From NCBI GenBank assembly GCA_964016885.1, contig OZ024740.1, positions 163,866,001 through 163,930,000 on the forward strand: 64,000 nt of DNA, given 5' to 3'. Origin of the DNA: Eledone cirrhosa. Taxonomy: Eukaryota. Below, piece after piece: positions 39,285 through 52,670 of this stretch; the stretch's first letter is position 1, and each line of letters starts with the position of its first letter. The translations under genes and the position numbers were made by a program. Below the pieces are notes generated by a model. The model was not told the DNA's origin and did not search any database. It saw only the letters and a list, made by a program, of their open reading frames with translations.

Positions 39285-39950
39285 ATTAAGATTGACTTGG
39301 CATCAATCAGCAAGACCTTCATTAGCTGCTCTCCAGCCATCTATTTAAAGCTGTATACATCTATGGTACGAATACACTTGGAGTTCGCGTCATCAGTCTG
39401 GAACCCCTATCTTGCTCAGAACATTGACCTCCTGGAAACTGTTCAGAGACATGCAACCAAGCGCATACCCTCCATCAGACACCTACCATACCCTGAATAG
39501 TTTGCTTCCCTCTGGCAATGGACTTGGTAAACACCCACAAAATTATTAACCATCCGACCAACAACAACCCCGAACACCTTTTTGATCTCCATGTGTCTAA
39601 CACGTGGACATGCCTACAAAGTCAGAAAACAACACAGCTCCCATGACTTTAGGAAATATTTCTTCATGCTCAGAGTTGCTGAAGGATGGAACAAACTTCC
39701 TGCATCAGTTGTTAGCTGATGACACACTGCATCCTTTAAAACCATCATACATTCCGAAATACACCAAAACTACACCTGATGTCCCCCTTCCATACACATG
39801 CACATATGTGTATATCATGACTCATGCACTGTTCTTTTTTCCTGACGTTTTTATATTACCCTATGTATTATATATGCACTTTTGATGAGTTGTAGTGCAC
39901 CTCAGCATTGTACACAATATTTTCATTATTATTATCATTATTATTATTAC
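39285..39950 (+). mobile_element. CR1-type LINE 3' fragment
   Basis: LYTSMVRIHLEFASSVWNPY..LETVQRHATKRIP, then RGHAYK and WNKLP in other frames; (ATT)n tail. Confidence 0.85.
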
Positions 39951-41140
39951 ACTCATTGATCCATTTTGCACTAACTCTGCATCAAGCACCCTCACCTAAA
40001 TATTAACCAATCAAGGATCCAATACAGCTATCTGTTGGATGAGTATTGTATAGTGCCAAAAACGAAACCAATCAGTTTAGCAGAAAGTTTCCAGACAAGA
40101 AACACGCATATTTTGCTATCCTCAAACACGTTTACACATGGCATGAAATATAACTAATCCGAGATGGCTAGGTTTCATCTTCTAACTGGATATACGAAAT
40201 CCATTATGTCTTGACAACAACATGAGGTAACATTATGTTATTCACAGACACACTTTGTACACTGTTCCATATCAGAATGTATTTCCTTCGTCACATTCAC
40301 AAACAGTATTGAAAATATGTTCTTCGGCAAATAAAAATGTTTTGTTCATAATATTTCAACTAGCGATTGCTCTACTCCACGCACGACCACCATAAATTAA
40401 TGACCAGCTCAACACAAGTATTGGTAGAGCGTCAGACACCATGCTTTGCAGTATTGTTATGGTCCTTTGCATTCTAAGTTCAAATCCTGCCGAGGTTAAC
40501 TTCGACTTTCATACTTACTAATTCGATAAAATAAAGTACCAGTAATGGACTGCCGTAATGGATTTGTGCCGAAAAATAGAAACACTATTAATGTGCAATA
40601 AGAGCAAAATATAACGACATTGCTCAATTATTTTATCTAATGTTGTAATAACACAAGGAAATGTTGTTTGTGTATTTTTTTTAATATTTGCTCATAGGCT
40701 TTTACAATTTCGCTCAGCCAACAACTATTAAAAAGTGAGTTGCTTAAGATAACAATTTAATCACAAATTGTTGCTATCTTTTAATACACTCCAACAAGTC
40801 ATCAAATTATGTACAATAAAAACAAATCTTATTAATTTGCTCAGGGAATATAAAGAAAATGTATATACACTGATAATTGCAATTGTATGTAAATATTTTG
40901 TTTTTGTATTGTTTATTTTATGTTTTCTATTATGTATAATATATTGATTTAATATTGATTGTTTTTTGTAGTTGTTTATATTAAAAGTCTGAAAATATTT
41001 TTATACATCTTACACTAATATTTATAAGATAATTTATAATAACAATTACATAATCTAATTACATTACAACGATAATTTATTATTAATATATATCCTCTTT
41101 AACTAGAGTTATTACAAGCGTTGCCTTAAAAAAATATTAA

Positions 41141-42097
41141 ACTAGACATGAAAAATGCGCAAGCTCAAAAGTGCCACAGAATGTTATAATAAACCTTCAA
41201 AAGTGTGGGACTAGAGTTGTTGCTAAAAAATATTGTAATCATTATATATCGTACATTCTGTGGCATCCTTTATAAAAATAGCTTAAACCAACGAAGCCTT
41301 TATTTTTACGCTATTTCACTTAGTTAATTCTTAGAGTGTAACATATAAAAATAAATACATCTATGTTTAATGTAATAACAGCTATAAATAATTACGTAAT
41401 ATTATTATCATATACTCATAGTAACAAAATAATTGTGTTGAAAATTAATATGATGCTTATATGAACGATCAAATCTATAATGATAATTTCTTAAATATAC
41501 TAATAGTAAAATAATTTAGTTATCTATTGTTACATTTTCATAGAACTATAATATTAACAATAGTATTGCATTATCAAATTTTTATCACTACAAACTTTCA
41601 TATTGGAATTACCTTAAGCCACTTATTATTACTTCGCTTTCGTACTTTTACAGCTGTAGATATTGCGCTGTATCTTATATCTAATATCAATATCTCATGG
41701 TAATTTGCATGCAGTGTAAAATAGGTTTATTAATAACTTTAATATGAAATGTATTATACAGGGCTGCGGAGTCGGCCAAAAATTAACTGGCTCCAACTCA
41801 GGATCCGATACTCCATTATTTCCTAAATTTCAGCTCCGCAGCTCTGTTATTATATTAATTAATTTATTTTATAGTTGTAAATCATATTTTTATATGTTAC
41901 ACTCTAAGAATTAACTAAGTGAAATAGCGTAAAAATAAAGGCTTCGTTGGTTTAAGCTATTTTTATAAAGGATGCCACAGAATGTACGATATATAATGAT
42001 TACAATATTTTTTAGCAACAACTCTAGTCCCACACTTTTGAAGGTTTATTATAACATTCTGTGGCACTTTTGAGCTTGCGCATTTTTCATGTCTAGT
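41141..42097. repeat. Long inverted repeat with 213-bp arms and a spacer of about 530 bp
   Basis: 41141-41353 is the reverse complement of 41885-42097. Confidence 0.92.
41759..41846. mobile_element. hAT-like MITE remnant
   Basis: CAGGGCTGCGGAG..CTCCGCAGCTCTG; flanks GTATTATA and TTATTATA (7/8 TSD match). Confidence 0.65.
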
Positions 42098-42356
42098 ATA
42101 TATATGTATATATGTATATATATATATATATATGTGTGAAGGCGTGTGGCTGAGTGGTTAGAGAATTGGATTCGCAATCGTAAGGTTGTGAGTTCGATTC
42201 CTGGACCAGGCGATGCGTTATGTCCTTGAGCAAGACACTTTATTTCACGTTGCTCCTTCTACCTGGAGTTGCGACCGATAGATAGTATTAGCAATTGGAA
42301 AGACCGACGGAAACATTGTTCCCTCGGTCCGATTTGACGAAAGTCGATCGTTCCTA

Positions 42357-42439
<83 letters not shown>

Positions 42440-43219
42440 TTTTATCAATATGATTGTACACGTCCCAGGGTATCGTTATTCCATTATTTTCAAACACTCT
42501 TTCTTCCTGGCGTTACTTCTTATCCCATTTATTCGCGGTTAGAGTGAATAGATATTTAGAGATTTTACTCATTAAACAAGGCGGCGAATTGATGGAATCG
42601 TTAGTGCGTCGAGTATAATCTTTTGTGGTAATCGTTCCAGCTTTAGGTGCTCTGACTTCAAATCCCGCCGAAGTCAACTTTCCTGTCATCCTTTCGAGAT
42701 CGATAAAAACGATACCAGTCCAGTATTGGGATCGATTCTTTTTCTATATCTTTCTTCTCCCTTTCTCTCCTTGTATGGAAGAAATCGTCTGTGTTTAGAG
42801 ATGGCGAGAGATGGACACTCGTATGTCACCACTGCACCACTACGACTCCACCAGGAATTACGGGTCCATACACATTTATTCAACAACAAGCTGCTCTATT
42901 ATGCATGTATAGTTAGTTATTTGATGCCAGTTCATAATTGTCCACATGCTAACAGTCATTCAATCTTGTCCTTAAACTATTCGCACAAGTTGCATGTCGG
43001 TTTTACTTCGTAAATATAGTTTCATATTACACTACATTTTTCTTTTTATACTAGATTGGACTTTATATGCGGTATTTTTTTAAAATTTCTATGTACGTAG
43101 AGGGATTTGTTGCGCTGTATTTGATTATCTAAACTAGTATATAACCTGCTGCTTTACAGAAGGAGTAATTTACATTGAATTTCTTTAACAAATGGTAACA
43201 AAATTATGTTTGTGAAATA

Positions 43220-43289
<70 letters not shown>

Positions 43290-44393
43290 TACGTATGTAT
43301 ATTTCTGCATTTATACTTACAACGCATGCTTAACAACTGGATCTGTTTCTGTATGTGCCGTAACTGTCTTCAATTATGTATATATGTGTGTGTATGTATA
43401 TATATACGAGTCTTTATTAAAGTAAACATGGTTTTAATAAAGATAATGCTTTCAATTATTAAGAAAAAAGGAGGGGAGGGGGGAAAATGAATGGATGGAG
43501 GGAATGAGTAAAAGGAAAGCCATTTGATTCCCTTCTTGAACAGAGAGGGCGCCAAAATTACACACATACACACATACACACATACACACACAAACACGCA
43601 CACACATATATGAAATAAGGGCATCCAACCAACAAGGTCCCTGCATGTGGTTTGCTCAACTTGCTAGAAACAGCAACCAAACTCCAATCAGCTTGATCAA
43701 GGTTAGCTTGAAACTAATTAACAATAACCAAACTCAGATAAGCTTGATCAAGATCAGCTTGGAGCTAACTAACAATAACACGTCATCTCTGAACAACTTC
43801 AAACTCTACAAAGCTCATGTGTGACACTCAAAGGAACACTGATCTAACAACTAGAATAATTCTGCTGCAACACATACATATATCCTAGACTAGAACCTAA
43901 GAAAGGCTACTTGACTGATGAACGTGAAGTCGCATGCCAACATATTTCTACTTGCTGTCTCCTTTCTATGCCTTTTTTACAGCTACTACAGTGGCCTCTT
44001 TTCCTAAGATCTTGCTGGTTTGTGTCACTATTATTCAGTTAAGTTCTCTTGGCTTACTCGTCTCTCATCCTCTCTTGGCTTACTCGTCACCAATATCTAT
44101 CCTCTCTCAAGCCGCCTTGCACTAACCATTACGCCATAACGTTGGCCCTCTGGAATGCACATCTGGAATGCACATTATTTTGCAGTCGTTGATTAACAAC
44201 TGCTAAAAAGAGACGTTACCATCATTGATCTCATCGGTATTGGAAGAAATATGAACACTATTGATACAGATCTTTCATACAAGCCAAACTAATCATAAAG
44301 AGAAATCTTTATTCATCTATGTTGCATATAAACTAGGAGAAACATCAACCCACAAGTTTATCAAATATAAATATAAATACCATCTTGTCTTTT

Positions 44394-44471
<78 letters not shown>

Positions 44472-45307
44472 ATACATTATGAAGAGAGAAGAAACATTAG
44501 ATATAATTAATAATAAGATATATCATACCTAAACTCCTTCTTTACTCCCCGACTACGTAGTTTCGTGGCATATTATACAAAAACACTACATCACAGAGAT
44601 ATAGAATTTTTGTGAGGTCTGCCGACTTATCAAGAGGATACTTCATTAAGAGTTTCAAAACACGTCTGTAGGACGTGAGATAGCATCCTGAAAGGCGGAG
44701 GGGGAGTCAATCACGTGATACAGCGGTCAAGAAACAGAGCTAAGCCTCTTATAAACCATGAAAAAATACCACAGAGGCGGAGGGGGTACTTATATCAAAG
44801 CAGTAGAAGAGGTGGCTAAGGTGGCGAGAAGTATGAGTAATGGTAGCTTTCCAGCAGTCACTACACTTCAAAGGTTACTCGACCAAAGGGAGTTATAAAC
44901 AATATATAGAAACACACAGATACATGCGGACACATACATATACATGAATATATCCACATATATCTTTGAATTAGTGGTGCCAACCTCAAGCGATGTTGCT
45001 CTATGAATAACTGGGACAAAATAATCCGAATGGATTAGATTGATTCAGTATCATACATTATGAAGAGAGAAGAAACATTAGATATAATTAATAATAAGAT
45101 ATATCATACCTAAACTCCTTCTTTACTCCCCGACTACGTAGTTTCGTGGCATATTAGTAACCCCTCCGCCTCCGTGGTATTTCTTTCATGGTTATAAGAG
45201 GCTTAGCTCTGTTTCTTGACCGCTGTATCACGTGATTGATTCCTCCTCCGCCTTTCGGGATTCTATCTCACGTCCTACGGACGTGTTTTGAAACTCTTAA
45301 TGGGGTA

Positions 45308-45400
45308 TCCTCTTGATAACTCGGCAGATCTCACAAACATTCTATATATCTGTGATGTAGTGTTTTTGTATAATATGCCACGAAACTACGTAGTCGGGGA
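45308..45400 (+). ncRNA. Type I hammerhead with U3-A8 core (mirror copy 44546-44638, -)
   Basis: TCCTC-TTGATAA-..GGCA..TGCCAC-GAAA-CTACGTAGT-C-GGGGA; palindromic stem III, GUC site. Confidence 0.75.
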
Positions 45401-45451
45401 GTAAAGAAGGAGTTTAGGTATGATATATCTTATTATTAATTATATCTAATG

Positions 45452-45640
45452 GGTGGTGGATTGGCAGTATCGGTAGAGGCGTCGGACGCCATGCTTTGAC
45501 GCATAGAGTTACGACCCTTACCATTCTGAGTTCAAATCCCGCCGAGGTTAACTTTGCCTTTCATCCTTACGGGGTCGATAAAATAAAGTACCAGTAATGT
45601 ACTGGGTAATTACTGGCCTTGTGCCAAAAGTCGAAACAAT
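45452..45640 (+). mobile_element. Complete SINE-A with a 15-bp TSD
   Basis: TAATTATATCTAATG on both sides; B box GAGTTCAAATCC. Confidence 0.9.
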
Positions 45641-45842
45641 TAATTATATCTAATGTTTCTTCTCTCTTCATAATGTATTATATAGCTCTGATACTGAATC
45701 AATCTAATCCATTCGGATTATTTTGTCCCAGTTATTCATAGAGCAACATCGGTTGAGGTTGGCACCACTAATTCAAAAATATATGTGGATATATTCATGT
45801 ATATGTATGTGTCCGCATGTATCTCTGTGTTTCTATATATTG

Positions 45843-45881
<39 letters not shown>

Positions 45882-46126
45882 CAGAAATAGCCATCGAAAC
45901 GGCTTGAGCTCTGCCGTCGGGGTCATACTTTTCCTATATATATATATATATAGATAGATAGATATACACATACATATATATATATATACATATATATATA
46001 CATACACATACATATATATATATATATATATAGATGTAGAAGGTGAGTAATATTGTAGAACAATAAAACTAGGCATATATCAGATAAGTAGCACTCAACA
46101 GTTGGTAGAACTGGAGTATATATAAT

Positions 46127-46199
46127 AAAGAGGAATTAAAAGATGGTTAAAAGAGTTCCATATATGGAACTCTTTTAAGCATCTTTTAATTCCTCTTTA
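46127..46199. repeat. Near-perfect palindrome of about 73 bp
   Basis: TAAAGAGGAATTAAAAGATGGTTAAAAGAGTTCCATA paired with TATGGAACTCTTTTAAGCATCTTTTAATTCCTCTTTA. Confidence 0.9.
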
Positions 46200-46200
46200 C

Positions 46201-46361
<161 letters not shown>

Positions 46362-46457
46362 AATGAAGAATTTCCGTAGGAAAGTTAAAGGAAAAGAGTG
46401 TACTCTATGTAGGCTACAGAGCTTTTTAGTTATGTAATAAACAACATAAGATAATTA

Positions 46458-46521
46458 ATTCATTTACCAGTGGTTTCTTGAAGAGAGATATTTATATCTG
46501 TCTTCAGTCGTCAGAAAGAAT
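46458..46521 (-). ncRNA. Type I hammerhead ribozyme
   Basis: Minus strand reads ATTCTTT-CTGACGA-cTGAAGAcAGATAtaaaTATCTcTCTTCAa-GAAA-CCACTGGT-A-AATGAAT. Confidence 0.8.
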
Positions 46522-46628
46522 AAAATGGAATGTTTATTAAATATGATCTTATTTATTTATATCTGTCCCCGAACTACTTCCTAATGGTTTGTACATATTA
46601 ATATACCTATGCACATATATATATATAT

Positions 46629-46949
46629 AATACGATATTTATAAATGGAAACTATATTTATAAAACCATATTTATTTCATTATACATATTTCAAGGACAC
46701 CAAGTTAAATTATGGTGTACTTTCATCAGACAAAATATAATATAGATCAGTTTTATAAATAAATATTGACATACCCTTAAATAATGCAACCATTACTGTT
46801 GGAAGCTCCCGGGAGCTTCCAACAGTAATGATCTATATTATATTTTGTCTGATGAAAGCACACCATAATTTAACTTGGTGTCCTTGAAATATGTATAATG
46901 AAATAAATATGGTTTTATAAATATAGTTTCCATTTGTTAATATCGTATT
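46629..46949. mobile_element. Fold-back Penelope-type insert with arms of about 121 bp carrying hammerheads
   Basis: Arms 46629-46749 and 46829-46949; perfect palindrome 46791-46830. Confidence 0.87.
46841..46905 (+). ncRNA. Type I hammerhead ribozyme (mirror copy 46673-46737, -)
   Basis: TATTTTGT-CTGATGA-AAGcACACCA..TGGTGTcCTT-GAAA-TATGTAT-A-ATGAAATA. Confidence 0.78.
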
Positions 46950-47032
46950 TTTACTCCAAATATTTGTTGAGTGCTTTATATCAGTTATAAAAATATTTGC
47001 TTGTTGTATCCCAACAATTTAAAAAGAACTTT

Positions 47033-47119
<87 letters not shown>

Positions 47120-47120
47120 G

Positions 47121-47155
<35 letters not shown>

Positions 47156-47332
47156 GTATGCATATGTATGTGTATACATTTATGTATGTATATGTGTTTG
47201 TGTATATATACGTGCGTGTATGTATAGATACTTTTGTGTATGTATGTATGTGTATGTGTATGTATACATATTTATATATGTGTGCGTTTGTGTGTATATA
47301 TATGGGTGCGTATATATATGTCTATATGTGTG

Positions 47333-47429
<97 letters not shown>

Positions 47430-47559
47430 GTGAGGTTTTTTACAAAATGAAAAATAACCGAGGTGTCCTACACGAGTGAAAGTATAAAGAGAAAAAAATG
47501 AAATCGAAAATGCAACTGGAGTCTTATTTAAAAAAAATATATATATATTTATTGGGTTC

Positions 47560-47592
47560 CTTTACCGGTTTCGCAGCTCTGCTTTTCAAAAG
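47560..47592 (-). ncRNA. Minimal hammerhead with U3-A8 core in the Penelope pseudo-LTR
   Basis: Minus strand reads CTT-TTGAAAA-GCAGagCTGC-GAAA-CCGGT-A-AAG; the right-arm copy near 53409-53444 has GAAC in place of GAAA. Confidence 0.65.
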
Positions 47593-47834
47593 TAGAGATG
47601 AGATGGCGGGTCTGTAGTTTTTCTCACATCTGGTTGGTCTTTGAATGTTACTTGTTTTATATAGAAAAAAGTGGCTCGAAACGCCAGGTTTTTAGAGAAG
47701 TAATTTGATTGGTTGGTCAATAAGTATAATAAATTTCGCGCCAGTTACAAAAGTTCTTCAAATAAGGGGGGGTGGGTGGGTGGTGGTATCAGGTTGTTTT
47801 TTCATATATGAGTGTTTGAATTTCTTTTTACTTA

Positions 47835-48270
47835 AAAAAAGGGGCTCACGAAGGCTTTTTTAAAAATGTAATTTGATTGATTATAAATGAAATTAAGGTT
47901 GTCACGTGACCATGTTCATTAAATTTCGTGCCCGTATTTGGGAATTTATTTTGTAGCCTTTTAGAGAATTTTATGACAATAAAAAAAGTGGCTCACGAAA
48001 GCTTTTTCTTAAAAATGTAATTTGATTGGTTATAAATGAAATTATGGCTGTCACGTGAACAAGTTCATTAAATTTCGCGCCCGTATTTGGGAATTTATTT
48101 TGTAGCCGTTTAGAGAATTTTATGACAATAAAAATAGTGGCTCACGAAGGTTTTTTAAAAAAAAATGCAATTTGATTGGTTATAAATGGAATTATGACTG
48201 TCACTTGAACAAGTTCCGCGCCCGTATTTGGGAATTTATTTTGTAGCCTTTTAGAGAATTTTATGACAAG
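47835..48270. repeat. Tandem repeat of about 147 bp, three units, in the Penelope 3' UTR
   Basis: GGCTCACGAA..ATTTGATTG.TTATAAATG..CCCGTATTTGGGAATTTATTTTGTAGCC..TTTATGACAA occurs three times. Confidence 0.88.
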
Positions 48271-48951
48271 CAAAAGATAATGGTTAAGAGAAATGGGATG
48301 GGAGAATTGTTCTGGTTCAGTGAATATGGCTAGTTCGCTGGGGTGTCAGAGTTCAGATTTTCTATTGAAATAAAGAAAGTAGACATATGTATGTTTATTT
48401 GTGTGTTTGTGTGTGTGTGTAGGAAGATAATACTATTGGTAGAAATGGGGGAGGGAGTTATGTGTGTGTGGGGGGAGTATGTTAAGATGGAGAGAATATA
48501 TATATTTTATGTGTGTGTGTGTAGGAAAGTGATTCTATTAGTAGAAATGGGGGGGGGGAGTTGTGTGTGTGGGGTGGGTGGTGGGGGTGGGTGGTGTTAT
48601 GTGTGTGTGGGAGTATGGTTAGCATGTTAAGATGAAGAGAATATATATTTTGTGTGTGTGTGTGTGTGTGTAGGAAAATGATTCCGTTAGTAGGAATATT
48701 TTTGAATGAACATATTTTCCTTACCTATTCGTATTTGTTCTGTTGTATTGTCAGCGCAAACGTATGTTATGGTTTATTTAGTTCGGGTTTTTATTTTCTA
48801 AAGTAGGTGTTATGTGTGTGTGTATGTGTCTGTTTGGATGGTTAGCATGTTATGGTGTTGACGTAATGTATATTAAACCATATTTAATGCTGGTCTATAT
48901 TTTTGAATAAACATATTTTCCTTATTTATTCGTATTTGTTCTGTTCTATTG

Positions 48952-51430
48952 TCAGCGCAAAGGTAAACATGGGAAGACTTGGAATTTGGGTGTCTTATTA
49001 CTTGCGCAAATGTCTAGATGTGCGCTTAGTGGTATCTGTCTCGTGGTTGGATCTCGTAATTGTTGGCGATGAACTGTCATTCTATTTCTGAGTGTGAGTT
49101 TAGTTTGTCCTATATAATCTTCATTGCATCCTTTACATTTAATGGCATAAATTAGATTTTTTGATGAGCAAGTGAAGTGATTTTTTACAGCAAAATTTTG
49201 TCCTGATTTAAATGTATACGTGTTCCCTTCAATGAGGTGAGTGCAGGTTCCACAATTAGAGGGGCCACATATTTTGACAGTTGGTTGTGGGTTTGTGGTA
49301 GGTAATTTGGCATTGGTGAGTAATGTTTTCAGTGATTTCGGTTGTCTTTTGCTTTTGATTAATTTGTGTTTCAAGGGCTTTTTTCATTCTTGAGTCTTGT
49401 TTCAGTAGTGGGATGTTCTTGTGAATAGTGTTGTAAGCTTCCGCATTTCTTGGGTTGTGTGTTGAGATATATGATAGAATATTGGACGTACCTTGAATTT
49501 GTTTCTGTTTTCGTAATTCATCAATGCCTATTACTTTAGCCCTTTCTATTCCATTATTTATTTGTAACGGTGGGTACTGTCTTTCGAGTAGAATTTCCTT
49601 TAATTCTTGAAGTCTTTTATTTCGCGTTTCATAATTGGAGACAATTGTGCAAATTCTTCTTTCTAGGTTAAAAGGAATGTTCGTCTTCGTGTGCTTTGGG
49701 TGGTTGGAGGTGAATAGCAGGTATTGTTTGTAATCTGTTGGTTTGTAGTATATGTCAGTTTCAATATTTGTGTCTTTTTTAAAGATTAAGATGTCCAGAA
49801 ATGGGAATTGATCTTGGCTGTATTCCATTGTGAATTGGATGTGGTTATTGATGCCGTTTATTAAATTTTTGAAATCATTCAGTTGGTCGAGTGTGTGGGG
49901 CCAAAGAATGAGACAATCATCCAAGTAGCGTTTCCAATTCTCTGATAAATATTTGTGGAAGTTCAATCCGTATTTTGATTTGGACTGTTCATAAATCTGG
50001 ACTTCTGAGTATGCCATGACTAAGTTGGCATAAGTCGGAGCGGCTTTTGTACCCATCGCAGTCCCCGATATTTGTTTGTAATTACTGTCATCGAAATCAA
50101 AAAAGTTGTTCCGTAAGATAAATTTTAATCCCTCGGTGATGAAGCTTTTTTCTATTCTGTCAGGTATCTCATTGGGATATTTCTCTAGCCAGAATCCTAT
50201 TGCTTGTAGTCCGTATTGGTGTGGGATCGTTGTGCAGAGATTCACTACATCGAAAGACACAATAATAGTATCGTTGTTGACATGTTTGGGGAGGTGGTTT
50301 AAGAGGTCTAGATCGTCTCTTACAAGGCTTGGTATGTGTTTGAGAATTGCTTTTAGTAGTATGTCTATAAAGTTGCTCAGTCTGTGTGTTTCACCTTGTG
50401 GGCCCGCTACAATTGGTCTTAATTTAAGGTCTGTGGGGTATTGTGTGTTCACGCAGGCTGAAGTGGATTGTTTACAGGCATCGTTAATTATTTTACACTT
50501 GTGGATCTTCGGAAGTCCGTAAAGGTTGCTGGTTTTGTATTCAAAATATGTTAAATAATCGCGTTTCTTTTTAGTTAAGTCTTCCTGGTATGCACAAATC
50601 AGTGTGTTTATTCTGGTCATTGTTTTTGATTGCTGGTAGTTTTTTTACTCTTTCATAGTAATTAGTATTTTGTAAGAGAGAGAGCATAGAATTTTTATAT
50701 TTTTCAGCATCCATAATGACAACATTACTTCTCTTGTCCGCTTCCTTAATTATAATGTCCGTATTGTTTTTTAGTTCATGGATAATCTCCCATTCCCTTC
50801 GACTCGTGTTGGGTTTGGGTTTAGGTTGCGGTAGTTCATGGCATGGGAATGTGGCTATGTGGTCACAAAATTTGTCCAGAACTCTGTTTCTACCTTTTGT
50901 TGGGTTGTAGCTGCTTTTATTCCGTACAATTGATTGGTCGTTATTCTCCTTGTCAAAGAATTCCTCTGTGAGACGTAATTTTCTACAGAAGTGTGAGATA
51001 TCGTTATTTATCTCATTGAGGTTAGAGTATTGTGGTGTTGGTGTGAATTTCAGTCCTTTGGAGAGAATTTTTACTTGTTGGGCTGAGAGGTTTGTATTTG
51101 AAAGGTTGATTATTTTCGGTTTTTCAAAATCGATTTGTGCCACCGGGTGTCGTGGGTCCTGTAGTCTTGGTCTAAAAAATGATTTTTCTGGAATGTTTTT
51201 TCAATGGTATTATTATATCTAATGGCATTTCCCCTGTTGTTGTGTGGTCTTGTATAGAAGTTTCGGACGTATTGAGGTTCGGTTTGTTGATATTCCGGGT
51301 TGTAGATTTTGTTCCTTTGTGTGGGTTGGGATCTATGATTTTGGAACATGCTCTGTGTGGGCAGGAGTCTACGGTTTGGGAATAGGTTTTGTGTGGGTTG
51401 AGATCTGCGGATCGGGTCCTGTCTTGTGAT
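48952..51430 (-). pseudogene. Penelope RT, Cys-rich linker and GIY-YIG endonuclease; frameshifted
   Basis: LSKGLKFTPT, IKEADK, LYGLPKIHK, RPIV, SFDV, GTAMGT, RYLDD, FLD, SNHP; CGPSNCGTC; LIYAIKC..C..YIGQT..RM..H. Confidence 0.92.
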
Positions 51431-52573
51431 CACAACACACACAAAACCTATTCCAAAACCGTAGAAAAAAGACACAAATATTGAAACTGACATACACTAC
51501 AAACCAACAGATTCCAAACAATACCTGCTATTCACCTCCAACCACCCAAAGCACACGAAGACGAACATTCCTTTTAACCTAGCAAGAAGAATTTGCACAA
51601 TTGTCTCCAGTTATGAAACGCGAAATAAAAGACTTCAAGAATTAAAGGAAATTCTACTCGAACGACAGTACCCACCGTTACTAATAAATAATGGAATAGA
51701 AAGGGCTAAAGTAATAGGCATTGATGAATTACGAAAACAGAAACAAATTCAAGGTACGTCCAATATTCTATCATATATCTCAACACACAACCCAAGAAAT
51801 GCGAAAGCTTACAACACTATTCACAAGATCATCCCACTACTGAAACAAGACCCAAGAATGAAAAAAGCCCCTGAAACACACAAAATAATCAAAAGCAAAA
51901 GACAACCGAAATCACTGAAAACATTACTCACCAATGCCAAATTACCTACCACAAACCCACAACCAACTGTCAAAATATGTGGCCCCTCTAATTGTGGAAC
52001 CTGCACTCACCTCATTGAAGGCAACACGTATACATTTAAATCAGGACAAAATTTTGCTGTAAAAAATCACTTCACTTGCTCATCAAAAAATCTAATTTAT
52101 GCCATTAAATGTAAAGGATGCAATGAAGATTATATAGGACAAACTAAACTCACACTCAGAAATAGAATGAGTTCATCGCCAACAATTACGAGATCCAACT
52201 ACGAGACAGATACCACTAAGCGCACATCTAGAGATTTGCGCAAGTAATAAGACACCCAAATTCCAAGTCTTCCCATTTTACCTTTGCGCTGACGATACAA
52301 CAGAATAAATACGAATAAATAAGGAAAATATGTTTATTCAAAAATATAGACCAGCATTAAATATGGTTTAATATACATTATGTCAACACCATAACATGCT
52401 AACCATCCAAACAGACACATACACACACACATAACACCTTCTACTTTAAAAAATAAAAACCCGAACTAAATAAACCTTAACATACGTTTGCGCTGACAAT
52501 ACAACAGAACAAATACGAATAAGTAAGGAAAATATGTTCATTCAAAAATATTCCTACTAACGGAATCATTTTC

Positions 52574-52670
<97 letters not shown>

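Larger units (their letters stand above)
44472..45842. mobile_element. Retrozyme or non-autonomous Penelope-like unit with direct and inverted repeats
   Basis: A (44472-44574) is repeated at 45053-45155; 44472-44790 is inverted at 45156-45678; 44900-45052 is inverted at 45689-45842. Confidence 0.8.

Noticed and set aside
42262-42356. Structured GC-richer segment with TTGACGAAAG after a SINE head
   Set aside because: Could not fit it by eye to a hammerhead, HDV-like or twister consensus
48952-51430. Selenocysteine-recoding (Naiad-type) Penelope
   Set aside because: The GIY-YIG is C-terminal, and the ORF breaks are frameshifts rather than in-frame UGA at Cys positions
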